This document shows positions 38,217 to 48,800 of a stretch of 64,000 nucleotides of DNA, piece after piece; positions within the stretch are counted from its first letter, which is position 1; every line of letters starts with the position of its first letter. This DNA comes from Brachymonas sp. (lineage in GTDB: Bacteria > Pseudomonadota > Gammaproteobacteria > Burkholderiales > Burkholderiaceae_C): contig JAMIFN010000132.1 in NCBI GenBank assembly GCA_035906235.1, positions 1,542 through 65,541 on the forward strand. Reading direction: 5' to 3'. The position numbers and the translations under genes were made by a program. Below the pieces are notes generated by a model. The model did no database searches. It had not been told where the DNA came from and was given only the letters and a program-made list of their open reading frames with translations.

Positions 38217-39353
38217 ATGCAGGCCATGTCCGCCCCAGCCTCTATCGACAGCTCGACCACCAGTCCCACCGCTAACCCTGTCAGCAACCTGACGAGCCAC
38301 CATGCCTTGCCGCCGGCTTTTGCACGCGGCTTGGGCTTGGGCAAAAACCTGTTTGTCATCGTTAGCGACGAAGCCCTGCTGGCGCAAGAGGCTGCTGATG
38401 CCCTACGCCAAGAGGCTAGAGCACGCGGCTTTAGCGAGCGCCTGTGGTTTACCGTCAGCGGTGCGCACTTTAAATGGGGCGAAGTGCTGGCCAGCACCCA
38501 AGCGCAAAGCCTGTTTGCCGATAAGCAGATTTTGGAACTGCGCATCCCCAGCGGCAAACCCGGCAAAGACGGTGGCGAAGCCCTGCAAGCCTTGGCCGCC
38601 AGCTGTGCGAACGCACCCGATGTGCTGCTGCTGATCACCCTGCCTAAGCTTGACCAGCAGGGCAAAAAAAGCGCCTGGTTTTTGGCGCTGCAAGGCGCTG
38701 GTGTGGTGCTGGATATTCCTGTTGTGGAACGCCGCCAACTGCCGGCGTGGATAGCCCAACGCCTAGCAGCGCAAGGGCAAAGCCCTATGCCGGGGCAGGA
38801 AGGCGAGCGCAGTCTGCAATGGCTGGCTGATCGTTTAGAGGGCAATTTGCTGGCTGCGCACCAAGAAATCATGAAACTCGCCCTGCTCTACCCGCAAGAG
38901 GCTTTGGGTTTTGAGCAAATCAGTGCCAGCGTCGCCAGCGTGGCGCGTTACGATGTTTTTAAACTCTCTGAGGCTGTGCTGGCTGGCCAGCTGCTGCGTA
39001 CCCAGCGCATGTTGGCGGGGCTGCAGGCCGAAGGCGAGGCCGAGGTGCTGGTGCACTGGGCGCTGGCTGAAGATATTCGCGCCCTGCATCGGGTACGCCA
39101 GGCTTTGGATGCGGGGCAACCCTTGCCTGCGGCGATGCAGGCGGCGCGGGTTTGGGGCGCTAAACAAAAGTTGATTGAGCGCTTGGCGCCCCGCCTGAGC
39201 CTGGCACAAAGCACGGCGCTGTTACACGCGGCGCAGCAGGTGGACGGCATCGTCAAAGGGCTGCCGCAAAAAGATTGGCCCAGCCAGGGCTGGGCCGCGT
39301 TAGAGCGCTTGGCCATGCAACTGTGCACCGCTGCTGCGCCCAAGAGCGCTTGA
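38217..39353 (+). CDS. holA: DNA polymerase III delta subunit
   Basis: Length and pattern fit HolA (..[21 protein letters not shown]..., [24 protein letters not shown]). The start is uncertain and there may be an N-terminal extension. Confidence 0.7.
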   Translation: MQAMSAPASIDSSTTSPTANPVSNLTSHHALPPAFARGLGLGKNLFVIVSDEALLAQEAADALRQEARARGFSERLWFTVSGAHFKWGEVLASTQAQSLFADKQILELRIPSGKPGKDGGEALQALAASCANAPDVLLLITLPKLDQQGKKSAWFLALQGAGVVLDIPVVERRQLPAWIAQRLAAQGQSPMPGQEGERSLQWLADRLEGNLLAAHQEIMKLALLYPQEALGFEQISASVASVARYDVFKLSEAVLAGQLLRTQRMLAGLQAEGEAEVLVHWALAEDIRALHRVRQALDAGQPLPAAMQAARVWGAKQKLIERLAPRLSLAQSTALLHAAQQVDGIVKGLPQKDWPSQGWAALERLAMQLCTAAAPKSA

Positions 39354-39959
39354 TTACATCAGGCCTTCGGCCTTGAGCGTAGCCTGCACCGCAGGGCGGG
39401 CGGCAATGCGAGCGCGCCAGGCATTGAGGTTTTTCAAGGCTGCGGTGTCCATGCTCATCATGCCCGCCCAACCCGTGATGACGAAGGCGTAAATATCATC
39501 CACGCCGTAGTTATTACCCGTGAGGTATTCGTGCTTGGCCAAAATCGTGTCGAGGTATTGCATCCGCCCCAGCACGCGTTGTTTAAAACCTTCTTTCACC
39601 TCAGCTGGCAGCGCTGGGTTCCACAATGGCGAAAAGCCTTTGTGCAGCTCGGTGGCGATGATGTTGAGCATTTCTTGCTGCTGGTAACGCGCCATGCTGC
39701 CTGCCATGCTGATGAGGTTTTTGCCTGGCGCTTGGTCGGCAATGTATTGCACCAAAACGGCGCATTCGCTCAAAGTATGGCCATCGTCCAGCACCATAAA
39801 AGGCACATAGCCTAGGGGGTTGATTTGGCGGTAATCGCTGCCATCAGCCAGGGTGTGGGTTTTCAAATTAACGGCGATGGCTTCGTAGGGCAAACCCGTC
39901 TCGGCCAGGGCAATGTGCGGGGCTAGAGAACAAGCGCCGGGTGAGTAATACAGTTTCAT
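39354..39959 (-). CDS. glutathione S-transferase (beta/GstA-like)
   Basis: MKLYYSPGACSLAPHIAL...INPLGYVP...ESAVLV-like motifs. Confidence 0.8.
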   Translation of the reverse strand: MKLYYSPGACSLAPHIALAETGLPYEAIAVNLKTHTLADGSDYRQINPLGYVPFMVLDDGHTLSECAVLVQYIADQAPGKNLISMAGSMARYQQQEMLNIIATELHKGFSPLWNPALPAEVKEGFKQRVLGRMQYLDTILAKHEYLTGNNYGVDDIYAFVITGWAGMMSMDTAALKNLNAWRARIAARPAVQATLKAEGLM

Positions 39960-39976
39960 ACACTTCCTTTACGCAG

Positions 39977-40000
39977 AAAAAAAAGGCCGCAAACGCGGCC
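39977..40000 (-). terminator. rho-independent terminator downstream of ssb
   Basis: On the minus strand, ggccgc-gttt-gcggcc followed by T8. Confidence 0.8.
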
Positions 40001-40006
40001 TAGGGT

Positions 40007-40531
40007 TTAAAACGGGATGTCGTCGTCCATATCGTCAAATCCGCCCGCAGCGGGCGCTGCGCCTTGCCCGCCGTAGTTGTTGCCAGCGGGTGCCGCTGGT
40101 GGCGTGGGCGCTGTTGCAGGGCGGGGCGCTGCTGGGCGTTGTTGATAAGCACCACCGCCGCCACCGCCTTGATAGCCGCCGCCTTCGCCGCCTTCGCGGT
40201 TGCCGCCTAGCAGGGTTAAATCGGTGGCAATGATGTCCACGGTATTGCGTTCTACGCCTTGGTTATCGGTGTATTTGCCGTATTTCAAACGGCCCTCCAC
40301 ATAAATGGCGCGGCCTTTTTTCACATAGTCGCGCGCCACTTCGGCCAGGCGTTCGTAAAAGGTGATGCGGTGCCATTGCGTGTCTTCCACCATTTCGCCG
40401 GTGTTGCGGTCTTTGCGGCGGGTGGTGGTGGCCAGTGACACATTGGCTACGGGCTGGCCCGATGGCAGGTGGCGTACTTCGGCATCGCGCCCGCAGTTGC
40501 CGATGAGGATGACTTTATTGACTGAGGCCAT
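40007..40531 (-). CDS. ssb: single-stranded DNA-binding protein
   Basis: MASVNKVILIGNCGRD OB-fold, a Gly-rich linker and an acidic tail DDDIPF. Confidence 0.95.
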   Translation of the reverse strand: MASVNKVILIGNCGRDAEVRHLPSGQPVANVSLATTTRRKDRNTGEMVEDTQWHRITFYERLAEVARDYVKKGRAIYVEGRLKYGKYTDNQGVERNTVDIIATDLTLLGGNREGGEGGGYQGGGGGGAYQQRPAAPRPATAPTPPAAPAGNNYGGQGAAPAAGGFDDMDDDIPF

Positions 40532-40675
40532 GGATGCGTATCCTAGTAGGGGTCGTGGTGTAGAAAAATCAGTGAAAGGCAGGACACAGTATGCGGCAGC
40601 TCAAAATACGCACGCAGCATGGCTGTGGCTCGCCATCATAGCGCAGGCCAGAGGCTTTCCGTTCGCTATGTATTT

Positions 40676-40732
40676 AATAGCTGCTCAGGCAGGTTTTACG
40701 GCCTTAAATGCCAAAAACATCCTGAAAATATA
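40676..40732 (-). repeat. 55-bp dispersed repeat, copy 12
   Basis: aatagctgctcaggcaggttttacggccttaaatgccaaaaacatcctgaaaata (exact core, near-consensus full length). Confidence 0.9.
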
Positions 40733-40790
40733 AGCACAACTTGGCCTACAATGCCCAGACATCTATAGACCAATACGGGAGACAAATGCT

Positions 40791-41360
40791 ATGGGAAATC
40801 GATTGAGCGCCATTGCCACGCGCACCGGCGATGCTGGCAGCACGGGGTTGGGCAATAACACGCGCGTTGCCAAAAGCCATGTGCGCATTCACAGCTTGGG
40901 CGAGGTCGATGAGCTCAACTCCCACATCGGCCTGCTACTGTGCGAAGCGCTGCCCGCCGATGTGCGCACCCTATTGGTGCAAATTCAGCACGATTTATTC
41001 GATTTGGGCGGCGAGCTGTGTATGCCCGGCTACAGCTTGCTCAAAGAGGCCGCTTTGCTCGAACTCGATGCTGCGCTGGAAACCTATAACGCGCAGCTGC
41101 CGCCCTTGAAAGAGTTCATTTTGCCCGCAGGCCAGCGCGCCGCTGCCCAAGCCCATGTCTGCCGCACCGTGGCGCGCCGTGCCGAGCGCCAAGTGGTGGC
41201 CTTGGGCGAGACTGAAGGCGAGGCCGTGAATGCCGCGCCGCGCCAATACCTCAACCGCCTGTCTGACTTGCTGTTTGTGCTGGCGCGCGTGCTCAACCGC
41301 CAAAACGGCGGCGACGATGTGTACTGGCGCAGCCAGCGCCTGGCGCAACAAGAAGAGTGA
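40791..41360 (+). CDS. PduO-type ATP:cob(I)alamin adenosyltransferase
   Basis: TRTGDAGSTGLGNNTRVAKSH..., GEVDELNSHIG and FILPAG motifs. Confidence 0.8.
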   Translation: MGNRLSAIATRTGDAGSTGLGNNTRVAKSHVRIHSLGEVDELNSHIGLLLCEALPADVRTLLVQIQHDLFDLGGELCMPGYSLLKEAALLELDAALETYNAQLPPLKEFILPAGQRAAAQAHVCRTVARRAERQVVALGETEGEAVNAAPRQYLNRLSDLLFVLARVLNRQNGGDDVYWRSQRLAQQEE

Positions 41361-41368
41361 GCGCTGCC

Positions 41369-41638
41369 ATGCTAAAAACCACCATCACCATCCAAAACAA
41401 ATTGGGTCTGCACGCCCGCGCTTCGGCCAAGCTGTGCAAGCTGGCAGCCACCTTTCCTTGCGAAGTGTTTATGAGCTATAAAGACCGCCGCGTCAACGCT
41501 AAATCCATCATGGGCGTGATGCTGCTGGCCGCAGGTATAGGTAAAGAGGTGGAGCTGGAAACCGATGGCGCGCAAGAGGCTGAGGCCATGGCCGCCATCC
41601 GCGCCCTGATTGACGACAAATTTGGCGAGGGCGAATAA
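41369..41638 (+). CDS. ptsH: HPr-family phosphocarrier protein
   Basis: ITIQNKLGLHARASAKL (active-site His context) and NAKSIMGVMLLAAG (Ser46-like region). 89 aa. Confidence 0.85.
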   Translation: MLKTTITIQNKLGLHARASAKLCKLAATFPCEVFMSYKDRRVNAKSIMGVMLLAAGIGKEVELETDGAQEAEAMAAIRALIDDKFGEGE

Positions 41639-41724
41639 GCACATCCCTGCGCGATCTTGCCGCGATTGCATTTTTTCGCTCTGCCGTTTTTCCGCCGCTG
41701 ACCTCCTATTCGTCCACCTTCCGC

Positions 41725-42702
41725 GTGAAACACTCTGACCACAGTCGCGATTTATTCGACACCCCAGAACTGGGCAGCCAGGCTCTGCGTGCCCGCGCCG
41801 CCGCGCGCAGCACCTGGGTCAGTGTGGTGGTCAATATCGGTTTGGCTTCTGCTCAGGTGTTGGTTGGCGTATCCGCCCGTTCTCACGCATTGGTCGCAGA
41901 CGGCCTGCATTCGCTCTCGGATTTGCTATCAGACTTTGTGGTATTGATCGCCAATCGCTTCAGCGCCGAAAACTCCGACAGCAACCACCACTACGGTCAC
42001 TATCGCTATGAAAATGCCGCTTCCCTCATCATCGGCCTCATTTTATTAGCCATAGCTGTCGGGATGCTGTACCAGGGAGTTTTGGTCGTCCTACACCCAG
42101 AAAACATTGCCGCGCCACAACGCATCAGCTTGTGGATAGCTGGGCTGGCACTCATCACAAAAGAGCTGCTGTTTCGTTACATGCTGGCGGTGGCACATCG
42201 GGTGCGCTCGTCCATGCTGATGGCCAATGCCTGGCATGCGCGTTCGGACGCGGCTTCATCTTTAGTGGCGCTGGCTGGCATCAGTGGCAGCCTATTGGGC
42301 TGGCACATTTTGGATCCCATTGCCGCCATCGTTGTGGGGCTTTTTGTGCTGCGCATGGGTTTCAAGTTCACCTGGGAGGCGCTAGACGATTTGATGGACC
42401 GCGCGGCCACCGAAGAAGAAAACGCCCAAATCGCGCAATTGATTCGCGGCACGCCACAGGTTCAGGGGCTGCACGATATGCGCACACGGCGCGTGGGCGA
42501 TTTGATTTTGGTCGATGCCCATATCGAAGTGGATGGCGATTTACGGGTACAAGAAGGGCACGACATTGCCTTGGCCGCACGCGAGCGCGTATTGCAGGCC
42601 ATGCCCCAGGTGCTCAATGTCATGACCCACATCGACGCGGTACAAGCCTTTGCCAATAGCGACAGCCCCAGCCGCATCCCGCCCCTAAACCCAAAACCCT
42701 AG
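41725..42702 (+). CDS. cation diffusion facilitator (CDF) transporter
   Basis: Six TM helices, HSLSDLLSD in TM2, HARSDAASS in TM5 and a C-terminal cytoplasmic domain. GTG start. Confidence 0.8.
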   Translation: MKHSDHSRDLFDTPELGSQALRARAAARSTWVSVVVNIGLASAQVLVGVSARSHALVADGLHSLSDLLSDFVVLIANRFSAENSDSNHHYGHYRYENAASLIIGLILLAIAVGMLYQGVLVVLHPENIAAPQRISLWIAGLALITKELLFRYMLAVAHRVRSSMLMANAWHARSDAASSLVALAGISGSLLGWHILDPIAAIVVGLFVLRMGFKFTWEALDDLMDRAATEEENAQIAQLIRGTPQVQGLHDMRTRRVGDLILVDAHIEVDGDLRVQEGHDIALAARERVLQAMPQVLNVMTHIDAVQAFANSDSPSRIPPLNPKP

Positions 42703-42720
42703 GCGACCCTTTTCAGGTAT

Positions 42721-42744
42721 AAAAAAACCGCCGGACGCGGCGGT
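42721..42744 (-). terminator. rho-independent terminator (minus strand; may also serve the plus-strand CDF gene)
   Basis: A7 then accgccg-gacg-cggcggt. On the minus strand the stem is followed by T7. Confidence 0.7.
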
Positions 42745-42775
42745 TTCCTGCTGGGGCATGCAAGCATCCCCACCC

Positions 42776-43735
42776 TTAAGGCGCACCCCAACGGTTCTTG
42801 ATTTCGGAGACAGAACCTGTGGCCAGCAAGCTCAACACTCCAGGAACTGGATGGCGGTTGTCGGCAAACAGGTATTTGCTCACCTGATCAGGGTCGCTCG
42901 TAACCAAGGTGGCATCGGTACAGACACTGGCATTCGTACTGCCAGCACCAGCGCAGATAGCCGCATTGCTGATGCTGGTGCCCGCACTGTTTTCCGAATT
43001 ACTGGGATCGGTGTAATAACCCATGCGTGTGCGGAAACCCGGAGACAACAGCAAACTCTGCGTTCGTCCATTGACGCTTTCAGCCTCGGCAGCCAAGGTG
43101 CTGACAAAAGTCCGGTATAAATCCAAATACACCTCTGGCGCATTGCTGTAGGTCACGGTCAGCGTTGCCATCCACGGCGTTTGGCTCAAGTCATAGGGCG
43201 GCAGGATATAGATATAACGCGCGCCCTTAGCATGCAATTGCAACATGGCCTGGCCGTAGTTGTGAATCTGGGTTTGGATGTTCGCGCGTGCTGTGCCCGC
43301 ATCGATGGTGCCAGCCAACACATTTTGCGTTTGCAACATCAAATCTTCCATACCCGCAGACAGCATCACCAAGTCTTGCCCGCCATAGCCAGCAAAACCC
43401 GGCGCCGTGGCTTGGGCTTGAACCTGGGTTTGCAAATCGGCAATGCTGCTACCGCCTTGCCCCCAAGCTGTGCCGCCAGCAGCCTGCGCCTTGAGCGTGA
43501 GGCCATAACTGCTGGCCACCCAGTAGGGCAAGGAGTACACGGGCTTGGTCACTGGGTCGGTGGTGTTGACGGTATAGAGCTTGCCCCCCGTCTGCCCATC
43601 ATCCACGATGCCGTCACCAAAGGTATAAAGCGCCGTTGGACGCAATGGTTGGTATACCTTACCACTGCCACCGCAGCCCCATAGCAAGGTCGCACTGGCG
43701 AGGCCGATAAGGGCAAAACGAAGGATGCGTTGCAT
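42776..43735 (-). CDS. SGNH/GDSL-hydrolase-like lipoprotein lacking the nucleophile Ser
   Basis: Lipobox LLWGC. Block I reads FGDGIVDDG instead of GDS(L), block III reads AGMED instead of GxND, and block V FADNRHP is retained. Confidence 0.55.
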   Translation of the reverse strand: MQRILRFALIGLASATLLWGCGGSGKVYQPLRPTALYTFGDGIVDDGQTGGKLYTVNTTDPVTKPVYSLPYWVASSYGLTLKAQAAGGTAWGQGGSSIADLQTQVQAQATAPGFAGYGGQDLVMLSAGMEDLMLQTQNVLAGTIDAGTARANIQTQIHNYGQAMLQLHAKGARYIYILPPYDLSQTPWMATLTVTYSNAPEVYLDLYRTFVSTLAAEAESVNGRTQSLLLSPGFRTRMGYYTDPSNSENSAGTSISNAAICAGAGSTNASVCTDATLVTSDPDQVSKYLFADNRHPVPGVLSLLATGSVSEIKNRWGAP

Positions 43736-43934
43736 AAAAAACTTTAGAGGACATGAGCCTAAAACGAAGCGCTGCAGTATAGCAAAGCCGTTCCTGGCCG
43801 GCCGGAAGGGGATTTGTGGAACACATGCGGACGCAAAAACTCACCCATGCTTTTCCTCGCCTGCCCGTCTCGACGCTTAACCGGGGATCTGGCGCACATC
43901 AGCAGCACCACAGCGGGGGTAGCAAACACGCCAT

Positions 43935-44456
43935 TTAGTCGTCAAACGCGTCTGCGGCGTCTGGGTTGTCCGCCAAATACTGCGCCGCCAAATGGCTATT
44001 GACGACATTGGCCATCTCGACCGCGACGCGCGCGGCATCCACCCCTTTTTCGACCTGGCGCGCCTGCGCTTGCGCGTCGTTTTCCACCGTCAAAATGGCA
44101 TTCGCGATGGGGATGTTGAAATCCAAGCCCACCCGCGTAATGGCCGCGCCCGATTCGTTGGCAACCAACTCAAAATGGTAGGTCTCGCCACGGATGATGC
44201 AGCCCAAGGCAATCAGCGCATCAAACTCTTCGCTTTGCGCCAAGGTTTGCAGCAGCAGGGGCGCTTCTAGGGCTCCGGGCACGGTGCTGTGAAAAATGTC
44301 CTCGGCCGATACGCCCAAGCGCAGCAATTCCGCCTGGCAGCTGTGCCACAGGGTGTTGGTGACATCGGCATTAAAACGCGCTTGCACCACGCCGATGCGC
44401 AGGCCCTCGCCGATAAGTACTTCTTCGTTGGCTGCGCCTTGATTCGCGTTTTGCAT
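43935..44456 (-). CDS. ribH: 6,7-dimethyl-8-ribityllumazine synthase
   Basis: [10 protein letters not shown]...VPGALE...[12 protein letters not shown] motifs. Confidence 0.9.
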   Translation of the reverse strand: MQNANQGAANEEVLIGEGLRIGVVQARFNADVTNTLWHSCQAELLRLGVSAEDIFHSTVPGALEAPLLLQTLAQSEEFDALIALGCIIRGETYHFELVANESGAAITRVGLDFNIPIANAILTVENDAQAQARQVEKGVDAARVAVEMANVVNSHLAAQYLADNPDAADAFDD

Positions 44457-44488
44457 AGCTTTTTCCTCTATTTGATTAATATGATTTT

Positions 44489-44547
44489 GATAGCTGCTCA
44501 GGCAGGTTTTACGGCCTAAAAACCCAAAACCATGCCAAGAAACATAC
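44489..44547 (-). repeat. 55-bp dispersed repeat, copy 13 (between ribBA and ribH)
   Basis: gatagctgctcaggcaggttttacggcctaaaaacccaaaaccatgcc (exact core). Confidence 0.85.
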
Positions 44548-44561
44548 CTAAAAACAGGACT

Positions 44562-45680
44562 TTAAGCGGCACTGTCTAAATAGCCCACCACTTCAAGGCC
44601 GTAGCCCGTCATGCTGGGCAGGCGCAAGGCTTTGCTGAGCAACTGCATATGCGTCACGCCCAAATCACGCAGGATTTGCGCGCCTATGCCGTAGGTGCGG
44701 ATATCGGGTTTGCTGCGCGCTGTGGGTTTGATCGGCGCGTTAGCTGGGGCGAAGCTGGCCTCTAAAGCCGCCAAGCCTGCTTCGCTATTGAGCAAAATGG
44801 CCACGCCTTTGCCCTGAGCCTGCAAATGGCGCAAGGCTGCGTCTAGCGACCAGGAATGCCCAGCCGCCCCCACTTCCAGCGCGCTTTGCAGGGTGAAGGG
44901 CCCATGTACGCGCACAGGCACGGTTTCGCCCGCTTGCCAAGAGCCTAGGCTCAGGGCGATATGCACTTGGCCGCTGGGCTTGTCGCGGTAGAGCGTGGCG
45001 GTGAATTCGCCCTGGGCTGTGCGCATGGGGCGACAGCCGATTTTTTCGATGAGCTTTTCGGTGCGGCTGCGGTGCTCGATCAAATCGGCAATGGTGCCGA
45101 TTTTTAGGCCGTGTTTTTCCGCAAAAATCTGCAGATCAGGCAGGCGCGCCATGCTGCCGTCTTCTTTTAGCACCTCGCAAATCACGGCAGCCGGGCTGCA
45201 ACCCGCCATGGCAGCCAAATCGCAACCAGCCTCGGTATGGCCAGCGCGCATCAACACGCCGCCTTCTTTGGCTTGCAGGGGGAAGATATGGCCGGGCTGC
45301 ACCAAATCGCTGGCCTGGCTGTTTTTGCCTACGGCCACGGCTACGGTATGGGCGCGGTCAGCCGCAGAAATGCCCGTGGTGACACCTTCAGCCGCTTCCA
45401 CCGAAACCGTAAAGGCGGTGCTATAAACCGCGCCATTATTGGCCGTCATGGGGGGCAAATTCAGGTGCTCGCAACGCTCTTTGGTCAAGGTTAAACAGAC
45501 CAGACCACGCGCATGGGTGACCATGAAGTTCATGGCCTCAGTCGTGATGTGATCGGCGGCGATGATCAAATCGCCTTCGTTTTCGCGATCTTCTTCATCA
45601 ACCAAAATCACCATACGGCCAGCGGCAAGCTCGGCAACGATGTCTTCAACAGGGGAAATAGGGCTAGGCATGGCAAACAA
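44562..45680 (-). CDS. ribBA: 3,4-dihydroxy-2-butanone-4-phosphate synthase fused to a Cys-less GTP-cyclohydrolase-II-like domain (RibBX type)
   Basis: The N-domain has [11 protein letters not shown] and GHTEA. The C-domain aligns to RibA, but the Zn-Cys segment reads [22 protein letters not shown]. Confidence 0.8.
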   Translation of the reverse strand: MFAMPSPISPVEDIVAELAAGRMVILVDEEDRENEGDLIIAADHITTEAMNFMVTHARGLVCLTLTKERCEHLNLPPMTANNGAVYSTAFTVSVEAAEGVTTGISAADRAHTVAVAVGKNSQASDLVQPGHIFPLQAKEGGVLMRAGHTEAGCDLAAMAGCSPAAVICEVLKEDGSMARLPDLQIFAEKHGLKIGTIADLIEHRSRTEKLIEKIGCRPMRTAQGEFTATLYRDKPSGQVHIALSLGSWQAGETVPVRVHGPFTLQSALEVGAAGHSWSLDAALRHLQAQGKGVAILLNSEAGLAALEASFAPANAPIKPTARSKPDIRTYGIGAQILRDLGVTHMQLLSKALRLPSMTGYGLEVVGYLDSAA

Positions 45681-45851
45681 CTCCTCTTCAAACTATGCAG
45701 CGATTTTACTGGCCGGCGCAAAGCGGCTGCGGCCAGATGGCAAACGCAACTGGGGATTTAACTGCAGGCGTCATAGCAGGCGCCTTGCCGAGTTTTTCTC
45801 AACAAAGTAGGCCGGCGCTGCTGCTGGCGCGATGCCAGCGCCGAAAGACGC

Positions 45852-48800
45852 TTATGCAGAGCTTCCTTCATGCTGCCCCGTTGTGACAGCAGTAATACCA
45901 GCTTCCTTCGCGTGCTCTAGGGCGCGCTCTTGCTCGACCCCACTGATGGGGAAGAATTTGCGCACCAGCACATAGAAGGTGGGCACAAAAAAGACCGCCA
46001 AGATCGTTCCCACCAACATGCCCCAGAACACCCCCGTGCCAATGGCGCGCTGCGCCGCTGAGCTGGCACCCGAAGCGAAGTACAGGGGCACTACGCCTAA
46101 CATAAAGGCGAAGCTGGTCATCAAAATGGGCCTGAAGCGCATATGCGCAGCATGCGCCGCCGCTTGCAGCGCCGTCATGCCCGTGGCGTGCAGGTCTTTG
46201 GCGAACTCCACAATCAAAATCGCATTTTTCGCCGACAAGCCAATGATCGTCACCAAGCCAATTTGGAAGTAGACATCGCTTTCCATGCCGCGCATCCACA
46301 CCCCTGAGGCCACACCCAGCAGGCCTAGGGGTACGCTCAGCAATACAGCCAAGGGGATGGTCCAGCTTTCATACAAAGCCGCCAGCAACAAAAACACCGC
46401 CAGCACGGCAAACAAATACACATAGATGGCGCTATTGCCCGCGAGTTTTTCCTCGCGCGATTGCCCCGACCACTCATAACCAAAACCTGGGGGCAATTGC
46501 GTCACCAAACGCTCCATTTCAGCCATGGCATCGCCTGAGCTGTGGCCAGGCGCAGCCGAGCCGGTAATGCGCATGGTGGGGTAGCCGTTGTAGCGCACCG
46601 TCATCATGGGGCCGCTGATCCAGTGCGCTGTCACCACGGTGCCCAGCAGCACGGTTTGCCCTTTTTTATTGAGCACGGGCAATTTCATAATGTCATCGAC
46701 TTCCATACGCGCATGGTCAGCCGCTTGCACAATCACGCGTTGCAGACGACCCGCGTTCGGGAAATCGTTCACATAGGTAGAGCCTAAAGAGGTCGATAGC
46801 ACGGTATTGATGGCGGCCATGCTGACGCCTTGCGCAGCGGCCACATCGCGGTTGATGTCGAGCTGCAATTGCGGCGCGTCTTCAATGCCCTCAGCGCGCA
46901 CACCCGCGAGCATGGGGCTTTTTTGCGCCAACGCCACCAATTGGTTACGCGCCGCTAGCAGCGCCTCTTGCCCTTGCGAGTTGCGGTCTTGCAAACGCAG
47001 GGCAAAGCCCGAAATACGCCCCAGGGCCGGAATGGCAGGGGGATTCATGGCCAAGAGGAAACCATCGGACAAGCTCATCAACTTGCCCGTGACACGCCCC
47101 GCCACGCTGCTGGCATCTTGCCCTGGGCCTTGGCGCTCGCTCCAGTCTTTCAGCGCAATAAAGCCGAAAGCGGTGTTTTGCCCTTGCCCCGAGAAGCTAA
47201 AGCCTTTGACCGTCACCACGCTCTCCACTTCGGGCTGCTCCATCAACACTTTCTCAGCCTGGGCCAAAGCATGTGCCGTGCGCTCCAGCGTAGCGCCGGG
47301 CGGCAGCTGCAAATTGATAAACATGGAGCCCTGGTCTTCAGACGGGATAAAGCCCGATGGCAAACGCATCATGACAAACACGCCCACAGCCAATAGCGCG
47401 GCGTACACCACGGCCATGCGCATAGACGCGCCTAAGAAACGGCCTATGGCTCCGGTGTAGCGGTCGCGATTGCGATCAAAAATGCGGTTGAATGCACCGA
47501 AGAAACCCGTTTTTTTCTCATGTTCACCTTGCGGCACGGGCTTGAGCAAAGTCGCGCACAAGGCGGGGGTCAAAATCAAAGCCATCAGGCCGGAGAAGGC
47601 AATCGACGAGGCCATCACCACCGCGAACTGGCGGTAAATATTGCCCACCGCCCCCGAGAAGAAGGTGAGCGGCACGAACACCGAAATCAGCACCAAGGTC
47701 ATCCCAATCACCGCGCCGCTGATTTGGTCCATGGCTTTGCGCGTGGCTGGCACGGGCCCCAAGCCCTCTTCGCGCATGACGCGCTCCACATTCTCGACCA
47801 CCACAATGGCATCATCGACCACGATACCAATCACCAGCACCATGCCAAACATGGTCAGCACATTGACCGAATAGCCCAGGGCCTGCAAGACCGAGAAAGT
47901 CCCCAGCAAGGCGATAGGCACCACGATGGTAGGGATGATGGTGTAACGCCAGTTTTGCAAAAACAAGAACATCACCAAGAACACCAGCGCCATGGCTTCG
48001 AGCAAAGTCATGGCCACTTTTTTGATCGAGATGCTGACGAATTTATCGGTGGTGTAAGGCGCCTTCCAGCTCATGCCCTTGGGGAAGTATTTGGACATAT
48101 CAGCCATGCGTGTGCGCACTTCATTGGCCACCGAAAGCGCATTGCCGTCGTTAGACAGCATCAGCCCCACCATGACGGCGGGCTTGCCATTCAAGCTCGC
48201 ACCGTTGGCATAGCTTTGCGCGCCCAACTCGACCCGTGCCACATCGGCCAGGCGCACGGTGGCACCCTGGCCATCATCACGCAAGATGATGTGCTGGAAC
48301 TCTTCCACCGTTTTAAGCTGCCCCGGGGCCACCACCGTGGCGCTGGTGGTTTGACCGCTAACAAAAGGCGTGTCGCCCAAGATGCCGGCTGAGATTTGCG
48401 CATTTTGTTCGCGTATGGCGGCATTCACTTCAGCCACTGAAAGGCCATAGGCCTGCAGTTTGGCTGGATCTATCCAGATGCGCATGGCGCGCTCGGCCGC
48501 ATACATGGTGACTTGCCCCATGCCCTTGATGCGCTGCAATTCCGGGATGACGGTGCGCGAGGCGTAATCCGCCACAGCCTCAAGGTCTTCTTCTTTTTCG
48601 CCGAGCATGGCCACAACCATGAGCAAATTGGTACGCGCCTGATCAACCCGCACGCCGTTTTGCGACACGATGGCTGGTAGGCGCGGCTGCACCCGCGCAA
48701 TGCGGTTTTGCACTTCGATTTGCGCTGCATCGGCATCGGTGCCAGGCTCAAAACTCAGGGCGATGCTGCCAGTGCCGTTAGACAGCGAAGAGGACTCCAT

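Noticed and set aside
36293-38872. An 859-aa ORF that would extend lepA about 255 codons upstream.
   Set aside because: The LepA homology begins at [19 protein letters not shown] (ATG at 38107). The upstream part is Ser/Arg/Ala-rich with no protein-like features, and it overlaps holA on the opposite strand. It is an open-frame artefact of GC-rich DNA.
40532-40790. A LexA/SOS box upstream of ssb.
   Set aside because: No CTGT-N8-ACAG or CTG-N10-CAG palindrome is present; I saw only a partial acacagtatgcggcag.
45681-45851. An FMN (RFN) riboswitch upstream of ribBA.
   Set aside because: I could not find the conserved RFN segments (the GGTGAAATTCC-type and GGATGGGAGA-type boxes) on the sense strand. 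The region instead contains the hairpin-forming stretch downstream of the RND pump gene. An Rfam scan would settle this.
47520-48392. A 290-aa His/Gly/Arg-rich ORF on the plus strand.
   Set aside because: It lies entirely antisense to the well-supported RND pump gene and has a biased shadow-frame composition.
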